A DNA stretch of 64,000 bases from Octopus vulgaris. Lineage: Eukaryota. Under the pieces are notes generated by a model that worked only from the letters and a program-made list of their open reading frames with translations, ran no database searches and had not been told where the DNA came from. Shown piece after piece: positions 41,725 to 54,417 of this stretch; the first letter of the stretch is position 1, and each line of letters opens with the position of its first letter. The position numbers were made by a program, and so were the translations under genes. The stretch covers positions 199,268,001 to 199,332,000 of the forward strand of contig OX597815.1 of NCBI GenBank assembly GCA_951406725.2. The letters are read 5' to 3'.

Positions 41725-41950
41725 GTATGTGTGCGTGTGCGTGTATGTTTGTGTGTCTGTGTTTGTCCCCCTAGCATTGCTTGACAACCGCTGTTGGTGT
41801 GTTTATGTCCCCGTCACTTAGCGGTTCGGCAAAAGAGACCGATAGAATAAGTACTGGGCTTAAAAAAGAATAAGTCCCGGGGTCGAGTTGCTCGATTTAA
41901 GGTGGTACTCCAGAATGGCCGCAGTCAAATGACTGAAAACAAGTAAAAAT
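41725..41950 (+). mobile_element. SINE family A 3' half
   Basis: Family homology; near-identical to 42735-42945. Confidence 0.85.
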
Positions 41951-42080
41951 TATATTTTTTTAATAATTTTGTTATATATTTAAATAATTTAAATAATATA
42001 AATTAAATAATCTTATGTATTGGATTTAGTTTTTCATTGTTTGATTTGCCTAATAGTGGTTTTGTCTCTAATTTAATATA

Positions 42081-42157
<77 letters not shown>

Positions 42158-42496
42158 TGATTGTTTCTTATCAGGAACAAAATTTTTAATAGGACTGCTA
42201 TAGGAGCGGTCAATTAAATGAAACAAAATCATCTTACCTGACTTTATGCATGTATATTCTATGTGAAAGAAAAAGCATTATGTGATTAAATGTTCGAGAT
42301 ATGAAATGTTACCTGGATGACCTTATATTTGTTTGTTCTGCAACCATAGTTTAATATACATATACCTATATATATATATATATATATATATATAACGCAA
42401 TATGTTTATTATAAGTACCGTCACTGGCCATGATATTCATTCCGTATTCACTTGAAAAGAAGTTGAAAAAAAGAATATATTTGGTATCTGTCCTTG

Positions 42497-42647
42497 CTTG
42501 TGGTAAGTAGCTTGCTTACGAACCACATGGTTCCGGGTTCAGTCCCACTGCGTGGCACCTTCGGCAAGTTTCTTCTGCTATAGCGTCGGGCCGACCAAAG
42601 CCTTGTGAGTGGATTTGGTAGACGGAAACTGAAAGAAGCCCGTCGTA

Positions 42648-42735
<88 letters not shown>

Positions 42736-42980
42736 CGTGTATGTTTGTGTGTCTGTGTTTGTACCCCTAGCATTGCTTGACAATCGATGCTGGTGTGTTT
42801 ATGTCCCCGTCACTTAGCGGTTCGGCAAAAGAGACCGATAGAATAAGTACTGGGCTTAAAAAAGAATAAGTCCCGGGGTCGAGTTGCTCGATTTAAGGCG
42901 GTACTCCAGAATGGCCGCAGTCAAATGACTGAAACAAGTAAAAGAGTAAAAGAGTAGAAGAGTAGAAGAGTAGAAGAGTA
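42497..42980 (+). mobile_element. SINE family A
   Basis: Family homology. Confidence 0.9.
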
Positions 42981-43449
42981 AGCAGACATAGGGGGATGAG
43001 CCGGAATACTTTCATACCTGTGTTGGGATTTCATCAGAAACTGACTAATCTCTATAACTGTTTATAGAAAGACTGCTTCTTCATCATCCGGTGACACTAC
43101 TTGTTCATATTCTGTGACTCTGTATTACGTTGCATCTCCATTGTTCATCATATTCGGCATGGATAAACGGTCCATCCATGGTAAAGAAAATGACTTCCAG
43201 AGATAAAAGTCAGAAATTTCCGGAGAGACTAAAAGGTAAAACATGCAATCTCATATGAAAATGTAAACTCGGGTGAAAATATAAACTTTATTATGCATAG
43301 GCTTTTTTAAAATATTAGAATACAAACAAACAAAATCATGCAATTTGATGCTAATTCGGAGAAAAGTAAAGGTGTGTTGGTGTCCGGAATTTCTTTTAAA
43401 AATTCAAAACTTTCGGAACTAGTTGCTGTCTTACTTTTATGGTTTAGAG

Positions 43450-43650
43450 CAGTGCTTTTCAAACTTTTTGCTGGAGCGGAACCCCAACGTAACATTTCAC
43501 TGGCTCGAGGAACCCCTGTGCAATAATTTAATAGTCTTATGCACACATATCTGCACAGGAGAATTAAAAATTACTGCCGATTTTAGCAGTTTTGTAACTT
43601 CTTGCGGAACCCCTGGACTGTACTGGCGGAACCCTAGTTGAAAACCACTG
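43450..43650. mobile_element. hAT MITE, same family as 19663-19837
   Basis: Same TIRs, 8-bp TSD GTTTAGAG. Confidence 0.9.
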
Positions 43651-43915
43651 GTTTAGAGCAAAGCAATGCCTGAGTATGACAATTTCTGGTGCAGCAGCCA
43701 TTGCAAATGCCAAGCAAATTACGCAAAAATATGGGTGTTACGGAGGAGATACAAACCTGTACGCGCACACACATGTACATATATTTATGTATGACCATGT
43801 ATGCATGTACACACATGCACACAAACAGATACACAAGCACACGCATACACACACACATATACGTATGCACTCATGTGTCCTAGAGATATATGTAGGCTTA
43901 TGCACACAGAATTAT

Positions 43916-43987
<72 letters not shown>

Positions 43988-45234
43988 TCACCCTGTAATT
44001 CTTGCTAGTTTATATTCTCTCAGCTCCTTCGGAACTATACTAGAATATATTTATTCAGGAAAGCATTTAAATTTATAGAGGCACACATGCATACATACAT
44101 ACATACATACATACATACATACATACATACATACATAAACGGTTATTAGTTTTGCCATGGCAAAGCAGAAATGTAAGTAGGTGTTTGTGTGCGTCTGTGT
44201 GTGTCTGTGTGTATGCATTGTGTGTGCGTGTTAAATAAATATATTTTGAAATACGTGTGTATATTTTTGAATGCGTAAAACGTGGGTATATGTGCGTGTT
44301 TTGGGTATTAAATGAATGAGCGATTTTCTGATTTTCTTTGACTAAAGTGCATTTATAGCGTACAAGATATTCAATCTCTTCAGAGAATACATTTTAAAAA
44401 GACAAAATTCATATATCATGCTACGTTGAACCCATTCTAAAGACATTAGTTTTAATAGGAGTGGCACCTTGGTTGCTCATAAAAGCTTAATGGGTATTTG
44501 AAAATCTGAATTAAGGCAAATATATGATGAATGTATTGTTACTGCTGTTGTTGTTGTTTTTATAGTTTATGTTGTTGTTTTTCGTGTTGCTTATGTTGTT
44601 GTTGTTGTTGTTGGTTGGACTCGGATTGACTCCAAGTGAATAGGCTTATGAGCAGAGACGTTCTAGTTGTGACAATCCTGTCTTTCTACGTTATGGAATA
44701 TCACCTTTTTTAAAGATGATAATAGGATTTGAGAGAATTTAGCTGCTATATTTAGCATGCTAAATGCAGTCCCATAGAGGTCACTTCAGTGGCTCTGTTC
44801 AATTAAAAAGACGTTGTTACTTTTTTATGTTCTTGTTGCTGTTGTCTTCTTCTTCTTCTTCTTCTTCTTCTTCTTCTTCTTCTTCTTCTTCTTCTTCTTC
44901 TTCTTCTTCTTCTTCTTCTTCTTCTTCTTCTTTTTCTTCCAGTCAGGACTCACACCATTAGCCACAAAGAATAATCTCTAATTCGAGCCTACTCTAAGCG
45001 ACTAAGAATGCGTGTGGCAACTTGAAGATCCACCCACCACACGCGATAGACTGGCGGTTGCACGGGCGTGAAAGCTGAGTTGTTATCCTCATTCCGTAAA
45101 CGGTGGCGTTTTTTAACGGGTGGAGAGCTGAACCATCCTGGGGTACAGAGGATTCGCTATCTAGACTAGGGTTTGAAAATTTACCACATCATAGTGGGTT
45201 ACACCATGGTTCCTCTGCTTTGTGGCAGAAGTAG

Positions 45235-45415
45235 GGAGAAAGAGTGAGAGAAAGTTGTGGTGAAGGAGTACAGCGGGGTTCACCCCCTGCCGGAGCCTCG
45301 TGGAGCTTAGGTGTTTTTGCTCAATAAACACTCACAATGCCCGGTCTGGGAATCGAAACTGCGTTCTTACGACCGCGACTCCTCTGCCCTAACCACTGGG
45401 CCATTGCGCCTCCAC
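45235..45415 (-). mobile_element. SINE family B 5' portion
   Basis: Family homology. Confidence 0.85.
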
Positions 45416-45721
45416 TGTTGCTGTTGCTGCTGTTCAGCTCCAAGTCAATTCTGAATGAATAGACTAATAATCAAAAGCGTTCCAACCGTGTCTTTACACG
45501 GTGGCAGCGGTGGCGGCGGCGGCGGCGGTGGTGGTGGCAGCGGTGGCGGCGGCGGTGTTGGTGGTATTGGTGGTGGTGGTGGTGGTGGTTTTGTGCGGAG
45601 TGAGGCTGGGAACGTTCCCGTTATTTTTCGTTCTTCTTCTTTAGTCCCATGGCGTCTATTGTCACACAGACACCGTGTTCTAAATATGAACTGCTTAGGT
45701 CTACCAACATAATACAGTCCT

Positions 45722-45895
45722 ATAAGAGATGAGGAATTATGTACAATATTTACATTTGACGGATATTTGTCTTTATCTTGTTTGTTGTTAACACAACGTT
45801 TCGGCTGATATACCCTCCGGCCTTCATCAGGTGTCTTGGGGGAATTTCGAACCTGGGTTCTCATTCCTAAGATATTTTTCGATATTATTATTGAC
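45722..45895 (-). mobile_element. Family E HHR tail
   Basis: Homology to 41110-41290 and 3663-3772. Confidence 0.8.
45790..45835 (-). ncRNA. Minimal type-I hammerhead ribozyme
   Basis: GACAC-CUGAUGA-A-GGCCG(GAGGGUAUAU)CAGCC-GAAACGUU|GUGUU; one stem II mismatch. Confidence 0.7.
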
Positions 45896-45923
45896 AAATA
45901 TCTAGGATGACGTAACTAAGAAA

Positions 45924-46770
45924 TAAGACCATAAAGTGTAAGACCGTAAGTTGTAAGACCGTAAGGTGTAAGACCGTAAGGTGTAAGACTGTAAGGTGTA
46001 AGAACGTAAGGTGTAAGACCGTAAGTTGTAAGACCGTAAGGTGTAAGACTGTAAGTTGTTGTAAGACCGTAAGGTGTAAGACCGTAAGTTGTAAGACCGT
46101 AAGTTGTAAGACCGTAAGGTGTAAGACTGTAAGTTGTAAGACCGTAAGGTGTAAGACAGCAAGGTGTAAGACCGTAAAGTGTAAGACCGTAAGGTGTAAG
46201 ACCATAAGCTGTAAGACCGTAAGGAGTAAGACCGTAAGGAGTAAGACCGTAAAGTGTAAGACCGTAAGTTGTAAGAGACTGTAAGGTGTAAGACCGTAAG
46301 GTGTAAGACCGTAAGGTGTAAGACCGTTAGGTCTAAGACCGAAAGGTGTAAGACCGAAAGTTGTAAGACTGTAAGGTGTAAGACTGTAAGGTGTAAGACT
46401 GTAAGTTGTAAGACCGTAAGGTGTAAGACCGCAAGGTGTAAGACCGTAAGGTGTAAGACCGTAAGGTGTAAGACCATAAGCTGTAAGACCGTAAGGTGTA
46501 AGACCGTAAGGTGTAAGACCTTAAGGTGTAAGACCGTAAGGTGTAAGACCGTAAGGTGTAAGACCGTAAGGTGTAAGACCGTAAGTTGTGGGACCGTATG
46601 GAGTAAGACCGAAAGGTGTAAGACCATAAGGTGTAAGACCGTAAACTGTAAGACCGTAAGCTGTAAGACCGTAAGCTGTAAGACCGCAAGGTGTACGACC
46701 GTAAGGTGTAAGACTGTAAGTTGTAAGACCGTAAGGTGTAAGACCGTAACGTGTGAGACCGTAACGTGTA
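45924..46770. repeat. 15-bp minisatellite (GTAAGACCGTAAGGT), about 56 copies
   Basis: Direct reading; source of the LHLTV/SYTLR pseudo-ORFs. Confidence 0.95.
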
Positions 46771-48009
46771 ATTCGAAAGGGATTTAATTGTTATTTCTAG
46801 CAGGTCAAATGAGATACGTAGACGTTCTGACTCCACCTCCCCCCATTTGAATGTTGCCACTAGAAATGGTACGAAGAAACCAGTATCACTAGTAACCAGT
46901 TCTATATGTGGTTAAACCATTTGTCTCTGGAACATTGGAACATAGCTATTTTTTTTTGTTTGTTTTATTTTTCTACATGCATTTCTGATTCTAAGCAGCT
47001 CTCTAACCAATTATAACATTACATCATTTGCAAGTGTATTGTTTGCTTCGAGAATTGTGTTTATTGCTTGTCGCCATAGTGAGCTATATAAATATTCTTC
47101 GCTTCTCATGCACTGCATATTAAAATAATGAAAACGTTAAGAAAGAAAATGAAAATCCAATGAAAAAATATTAGGAACAAAACAATACAAACGGCGTAAA
47201 AGGCGATTAATCGGTTACATGAGAACGCAGTATATAGAATAAGTTTTACGCTGAAAGGAAAAAAAAAAAGAAAATATGTTCAACGTTTTGCACAGTAGTC
47301 CTTCGGCGGAAAAGTTGAAAGAAAGGGTTAAAAATTATAGGGAAAAGAGAAAAGTAAATGCGTGTCACTCTGTGAAAATGATGTTTTGGAAGACTGTGAA
47401 TCACAAAATTTGTTTGCCAGTTGCTAAAAGACGGAAATGAAAAAAGTATTGATCATGTCACACGGGAGTATTGCAACTCACCTTAAGCAAATAAGAGCCA
47501 GCTAGGAGCCTCTACGCCATCCTTCTATCTGTTAGAAACACTAGAAATAACAGTCAAATTTCAGTTAAATCACTTTGTACAGGGATGAAAAAGAAAAACG
47601 AAACTTTGAATAATATATTCAAATACATACACCTACAAAGCAAACTATTTCTTGTTAGACACTTATGTTCATAGCTTCAATAAGGTCTGACATGAGGATG
47701 AATTGCAACACCCTATCGAATGTGTCCATATTTAGATAGATCTCGTGTAAAAGGGGCATAGGAACACCGTAACCTAAGCGTTTGATTAAGACCAAGAAAT
47801 GGACTGGGAGTAAAAAGGTTTCTGATGACAAGAAAAGATCAGAGACTAAGATGTTTCTCTGCTTCACACTTACAATCAGTATTTGTTTTTGTTACCGCTG
47901 CTTTAGCCCGAGGTCAAACGTGACTGCGAAAACCTATGATCAGAGACTTTCTAACCATACACATCTACTTTCAAGTAGTATATATATCTGCGGTTATATT
48001 AGTCAGACC

Positions 48010-48255
48010 GTGGACACCCCCAGACCGTATGTAAGACCATAAGGCTAGCCCAATACGTAGATATAGAGGGAGAAGCCTAGACGTCGGGACTTGAGTAGAA
48101 GTCATCGGAACGTGCGATATAACAGTGGATCTCATCCTCGTCGCCACTGTTATATCGCACGTTCCGATGACCTCTACTCAACTCCCGACGTCTAGGCTTC
48201 TCCCTCTATATCTACGTATTGGGCTAGCCTATCTCATCGTCTGGGGCGCGTCCAC
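48010..48255. repeat. Foldback/MITE-like nested inverted repeat
   Basis: Inner arms 48042-48128 and 48144-48230 (87 bp, 2 mismatches); outer GTGGACACCCCCAGAC / GTCTGGGGCGCGTCCAC. Confidence 0.85.
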
Positions 48256-49149
48256 ACAACACATTGTGACCTTAGATTTTCAAGACGGTACAGCTAATAT
48301 TATTTGAAGATGGTTAGAAAACTATTTCTTGTAAGTCAACGTATCCTAAGCTAGTTATGTGGTTAGATTAAACCAGTTGGTTATAAAAATTTATTTCACG
48401 CTATTCTCTGTAAATTTTGGGTTCCGAGCGAACGTGGAAGTCTATATATGGATCACAACCTGCTAGAAATAGCTGTCGACTTTGTGCCATTCCCTACAAT
48501 ACAGGGAAAGGATAAATCGGCTAATGTAGTCCGTTTTCTTAAAGGGTTTGGTTGCACTCCTAAATTCGTGTAAATCCTTTTCCACGCAGGGATAATATCT
48601 AGAATTCTTGAGAGAGGATATAAATCTGAACACTTCTGTGTGAAAATTACCAGACAGAGCTGAGTGTTATAAAATCTTCCTCTTTTGATGTTATGATACG
48701 GTTACACAGAATGATCGAAAAGGAAATAGCAGTTACTATTTACTTCCGATTCTTTTGATGATGAAACTTTTCAAGCATCAAAAGGCTTTAGGCAACCACC
48801 AAGCTCAAATCTGGGAAAATCTCTGAGATTTAGAATACTGAAGACTTGTTGTGCTCTAATAGTTCAATCTCCTGGCGCCCCCACACGATGATTTTATCAT
48901 CCATGAAAAAAAAAACTGAGATGATTTGTCATTGATATACACATCACCACGTCCTACTTTTCTACCTTTTCACAGTACAAAAGCAACAGCTAACTCCATT
49001 CTTCTTATTTAAACATTTCGGAAGCATAATTTCTAATAACTACAAACTGGATGATGGAGTTTTGAACCGCCTCAGACAAGTCTCTGTATCTTTTGGTAGA
49101 CTAAAGAAGATAGACTTTACAAAGATCAATTTCAGCTTTTATAACAAGG

Positions 49150-49561
49150 CTAGCAGCATAGCCCGGCGTTGCCCGGGTATGTAAGAGCCCCTAGTAGGCA
49201 ACAACTAATCCCAATCTAGTTCTTTCCCTCTAGGGAACGAAGGCGCATGTGTAGGTTCGAATACTTCTGTGTATACGATGTTCCTACCAGTCTCCCGATT
49301 GCAAGTTGCAAAAACTACAACAGAAAATGTGTTGCATATAAAAAGCTTAGATTCTCGACCCCATGTCGAATTTATCGATTTTTTTCAGAACTGGGGGAAC
49401 TTTTCATAAAATTCGCTGCGTAAGTTTTGAATTATGACATTGGGCTATGTGTGTGTCAAGTTTCATCAGAATCGGTTGAAAGCCGTGGTCAGGGTGAGGG
49501 TATAACCTGACAGACACACAGACACACAGACAGACAAACTGCCGTTTATATATAGAGAAGA
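49150..49561 (-). mobile_element. Non-autonomous Helitron (second family)
   Basis: Minus strand A|TCTTCTCTATATATAAA...CCCGGGCAACGCCGGG hairpin...CTAG. Confidence 0.85.
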
Positions 49562-49627
49562 TTCTCGCTTACTGGGTAGTCTGAATTTCCATTCTGTTCT
49601 GTGGTTGGAAGTTATGGACCACATATA

Positions 49628-49860
49628 TTTTTCTTTACTACCCACAAGGGGCTAAACACAGAGGGGACAAACAAGAACAGACAAACGGATTAAGTCAATT
49701 ACATCGACCCCAGTGCGTAACTGGTACTTAATTTATCGACCCCGAAAGGATGAAAGGCAAAGTCGACCTCGGCGGAATTTGAACTCAAAACGTAACGGCA
49801 GACGAAATACGGCTACGCATTTCGCCCGGCGTGCTAACATTTCTGCCAGCTCGCCGCTTT
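49628..49860 (-). mobile_element. SINE family D monomer
   Basis: 15-bp TSD TATGGACCACATATA (49613-49627, 49862-49876). Confidence 0.92.
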
Positions 49861-50302
49861 ATATGGACCACATATAGCCGACATACGAAGATTCAAAATG
49901 CTTTTAGCATCCAGTAATTCGAAATATTATCAGTTATATGGCGAGATAAGATTAAGCACAAAGAAATCTTCCGCCGAATCTTCGCCAGCAGCATCGAATC
50001 CACACGACATTGACCCATCACCAGAAGCGTTGAACACAAGCATCAACTGAGATAAATGAAATACGAAGTGCGCATACTTCATGAACCTCTTCGTCGATAT
50101 GATCTTCTACAATCAATTACACCATGGTCGTCCAAATATGTGGTTCAAAATCCAGTTTGAAAATTAGCAACATCAACATGTTGGTGGCCTGACTCACAGT
50201 TGAAGGGATATTGAAAATATGGAAAACAAATGCTCCCAGAAAAGCCAGTAGCTACAGAAGATGCAGAATGGCGTCTGGTCTCTGTAAATAAACATCGCCG
50301 TG

Positions 50303-50688
50303 TTGGAAGCACTCCGTCGGTTATGACGACGAGGGTTCCGGTTGATCCGAATCAACGGAACAGCCTGCTCGTGAAATTAACGTGTAAGTGGCTGAGCACT
50401 CCACAGACACGTGTACCCTTAATGTAGTTCTCGGGGATATTGAGCGTGACACAGAGAGTGACAAGGCCGGCCCTTTGAAATAAAGGTACAACAGAAACAG
50501 GAAGTAAGAGTGAAAGAAAGTTGTGGTGAAAGAGTACAGCAGGGATCACCACCATCCCCTGCTGGAGACTCGTGGAGCTTTAGGTGTTTTCGCTCAATAA
50601 ACACTCACAACGCCCGGTCTGGGAATCGAAACCGCGATCCTATGACCGTGAGTCCGCTGCCCTAACCACTGGGCCATTGCGCCTCCAC
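50303..50688 (-). mobile_element. SINE family B
   Basis: Family homology; imperfect TSD AAACATCRCYGT. Confidence 0.9.
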
Positions 50689-51592
50689 AAACATCACTGT
50701 ACATCTCCTACGAATGAAGCTGCCACATGATCGACCCAGCGGTGGAGTCTTCAAAAGGAGTCGAGGGTTATTACCCCATTCACCAGACAACTGTAAGCAA
50801 CCTTGTTTGTGCTTCATGTGTTTTTATTTTTCTTCGTTGTTTGATGGCGACGGTGTCAGAATCCTACTGAAACTAATTAAAAATCTATTTAAAAACCCTT
50901 CATCTTGCAACCATCTTCGTTGTCACTGCAACAACAAAAAAAAATAAAATATAAAATATAAAATATAAAATATAACATATTTTAGTATATTTTTAAATTA
51001 TAATTTATTTATGATCTTTTACGTTTTAGAATTATTTTTTAATATTTTTTTATTTCATTTCTTATATTTATTCATTTTCTATCTGTTTCTTCCATATGAA
51101 TAATGAAATATCATTGGAGTCGTTTCACAGTGATTTCAAACAGAATTATCCAAACACTTATTCATATAAATAGTTTACTTGCGAGAAGTAATTCGACTCT
51201 GCTTTATCGCTGTTGTTCCCTAGATTTTTTTTTTTTTTTGCGTTTTGCTTTTTGCTTTTTCTTTGTCGCTTAGTTTTTTTTATCAAGATATATATATTTT
51301 CCCAAACAGTTATTCTCAAAGGACGGGTGTTTCAAAAGAAAATAATAATTCAAAATTTCTACGATGATTCCCTTGTGTGAAACTGCGAACACAAACAAAA
51401 ACACAGTTTTTTGTTCGTTTTGGAAATTAAATGATATATATATATATATATAGACTGATGGATGAATGGTTGGATGGACGGATGGATATAAAGATATATG
51501 TATGTATGTATATATGTACATATATATATATATATATATATAAACAGATGGATGAATGGTTGTATGGACGGATTGATATAGAGATATATGTA

Positions 51593-51674
<82 letters not shown>

Positions 51675-51687
51675 CATATATATATAC

Positions 51688-51722
<35 letters not shown>

Positions 51723-51756
51723 TGTATGTATGTATGTATGTATGTGTGTATATTCT

Positions 51757-51847
51757 AGGCGCAGGAGTGGCCGTGTAGTAAGAAGCTTGCCTGGCAACCA
51801 CATGGTTCCGGGTTCAGCCCCACTGCATGTGTCTTCTACTATAGGCT

Positions 51848-51886
<39 letters not shown>

Positions 51887-52045
51887 GACAGGCTTCTTTC
51901 AGTTTCCGTCTACCAAATCCACTTACATGGCTTTGGTCGGCCCGAAGCTATAGCAGAACACACTTGCCCAAAGTGTCATGAAGTGGGACTGAACCCGGTA
52001 CCATGTGGTTGGTAAACAAGCAACTTACCACACAGCCACTCCAGC
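51757..52045. mobile_element. Two convergent SINE A 5' halves joined by (TA)n
   Basis: + head 51757-51850; - head 51885-52045. Confidence 0.85.
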
Positions 52046-52127
52046 ATATATATATATATATATATTTGTATGTGCATGCGTGTGTGTATACACATATATA
52101 CATATACATACACACACACACACACAA

Positions 52128-52181
<54 letters not shown>

Positions 52182-52194
52182 TTTATTTAAAAAC

Positions 52195-52240
52195 AAAACT
52201 GTCCGAGGAACGGGAATGGGAAACTCTGAGTAACAGTTTT
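52195..52240 (+). ncRNA. Type-I hammerhead motif (U4C, weak stem II) in a Penelope-like terminus (about 52176-52340)
   Basis: AAAACUGU-CCGAGGA-ACGGGAAUGG-GAAACUCUGAGUA|ACAGUUUU; 8-bp stem I, stem III ACUC/GAGU. Confidence 0.65.
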
Positions 52241-53186
52241 TGTAATATTTCTGCTGCTTTTAAATAAAGCATACTACTCTACCTCTGGTATTTGAGTACT
52301 CTTTTTTCCACCTTGTTTTACATTCATGTGCTTACTCAGGTACATATATATATATATATAATGAATATATGTAGGCCTGAGCCTGTTTGTGTAGTAGTTA
52401 ACAAGTGGACTCCACAATCAAATGGTTTAAGACAAGCCCCTGCAGAACAATACTGTGTGAGTGAATATTACGATTGCAAATGCAGCTTGAATATGTCAAA
52501 AGCAAGTCTTAACCTCTCCAGGAGATAAGCCTTACTCACAAAAGCCAAGCCATAAATGGGTTATCTCACAAAAGCGCATAAAACGTCTCTCACAATTTAA
52601 CGACTTGCGAATCGTTAAATAATATCATTATATTATACTACTTTTATTATTTTTGCTGTTAATAAAAGACTTCAAGATATTCATAGAATGGTTAGCATTC
52701 TTAGAGGGAAGATCATCGTTCATAATGTGTTACAGACAAGTTTGGCGTATTCTTCCATGAGTATCTTTAACAGTTTTTCATATACAATAAAGAATCTCAG
52801 CTATGGCAATAATTTAGACAGTATCGACTGACTCAAAATATGATAGTCGCACAAGAACTGAAGGACATTGGAAATTAGTTTGTTCTGAATGGAGAATTAA
52901 TCCTTACAACGAAGCAGAGATAATTTTGAATTACCATCCTCTTTACGTACAGAAATTTTTGGTAGTTCTACTTTTATTCAAGCATCTGAAAAAGAGAAGT
53001 GATAGCATGCAATGCTTTCTGCTAAGAGCACCGGTTGCCTTTGGTTTTTAAATGAAAATTCAGAACTACCACCAAGAAATATCTAAACGTATTTTAATAC
53101 TAATGAAAGAATTAGTGATAATTCGCAAATATCAGGTCATCCCAGAAGTTCTGTCCGAATTTTGAATAAAGAAAACAAGTGATCAA

Positions 53187-53380
53187 ATTTCGTTTTTGGA
53201 TTTGGTTTGCAAGATTCTTTATATGAGTTCGTGTCTTGAAGCATATTCTGTTGTGTCTAAGGAGAGTCATTTTCCTTTTGTGCCTTATAATGTAACACAC
53301 TCACCGGTTAAATTTCCACTTATTTCTTATTTTTACTTTCCTAAAGTTTTCGTTGCGACTTGCAACCTTTTCAATAGTCT
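53187..53380 (-). mobile_element. Family G repeat (U3-A8 hammerhead-like motif at 53341-53377) inserted in the mariner 3' region
   Basis: Reverse-complement homolog of 62750-62947. Confidence 0.8.
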
Positions 53381-53402
53381 AAATGTTATATTTAATTGAA
53401 AT

Positions 53403-54417
53403 TTAATCATCAATGTACTTTCCCTGATTATCTATGACTTCCTTCCTCTATTTACAAGCTTTTTAATCTCATCAATGTAAAACTCTTTTGGTTTCAAAGT
53501 GAAGAACTCTGAAATATCAGTTTCGACCTCCTCCTGGCTTGTGAAAGTTATGTCCCCCCCCCCCCCCAATGATTCTGTAAACTATGAAACAAATGGTAGT
53601 TTGAAGGAGCAAGGTCGGGAGAATAAGGTGTATGAGAAATTTTTTCCCAACCAAGCTCTTCGATCTTCTGTGATGTGATCTTTGCAGTGTGAGGTCGCGC
53701 ATTGTCCAGATGAAACATCACTCCTTTTCGATTCACTAAAGCGGGTCTTCTTTCTTCAAAGCTTGGTTCAAACGCTCTAATTGCTGACAGTAGACTTGAG
53801 CATTGATTTTTACATTAGGTGGTAACAATTCAAAGTGAATTACTCCTTTGCAATCCTACCAGATAGAGAGAAGAACCTTTTTTCCAGGAAGTTCCCTTCT
53901 CGGTTGTGGTTGAGCATTTTCCCTTTTACCAAGCCACTGTTTACGACGTTTAACATTTCGATACAAGATCCATTTTTCGCTACCAGTCACCAGTCAATAA
54001 AAAAAGGATTAATAGAGTTAACGAGATTGGAGAGAAGAGCGGATGTCAACTTGAGATTTGCGGTTGCATTCGGACAATTCACGAGGCACCCATTTTCCAA
54101 GTTTAGTAACCTTTCCAATTTGTTGAAGATGACGATGAATAGTTGTAAGGTTTGAACAAAGCTTCAACTGATAATGCAGGATTTTCTTCAAGTAATGCTT
54201 CAAGGAGCTTATCATCAAACTCAACTGGACGTCCTGTTTCATCTTCAAGGCTGAAATCGCCACTTCTGAATTTTGCAAACCATCTTCTGCAAGTTCTTTC
54301 ATTCAAGCGTTCTTTCCCATAAACTGAGTGTATGTGTCGAATTATTTTGGCTACAGAATTTCCTTGTTTGTACTCATAAAGCATTATGTGCCTTAAATGC
54401 TCTTTGGATACTTCTAT
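53403..54417 (-). pseudogene. Mariner transposase pseudogene
   Basis: RRWFAKFRSGDFSLED, WVPREL, HLDNARPH and YSPDLAPS motifs across frameshifts; start ATG decayed to ATA. Confidence 0.92.

Larger units (their letters stand above)
48700..50800 (+). mobile_element. Old RTE-clade LINE relic interrupted by three younger insertions
   Basis: FKHFGSIISNNYKLDDGVLNRLRQVSVSFGRLKK at about 49008-49110 fits FKYLGS.IS....D.EI..RI..A...FGRL; WT, W.DKI...EI.RR and SIES motifs follow. Confidence 0.65.

Noticed and set aside
42999-43042. Minus-strand hammerhead CUGAUGA-AAUCC...GGUAU-GAAAGUAUUC
   Set aside because: All three stems imperfect and no second copy in the window; possible but not counted
45924-46770. 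CRISPR array or pentapeptide-repeat gene
   Set aside because: No unique spacers, eukaryotic context, indels shift the frames
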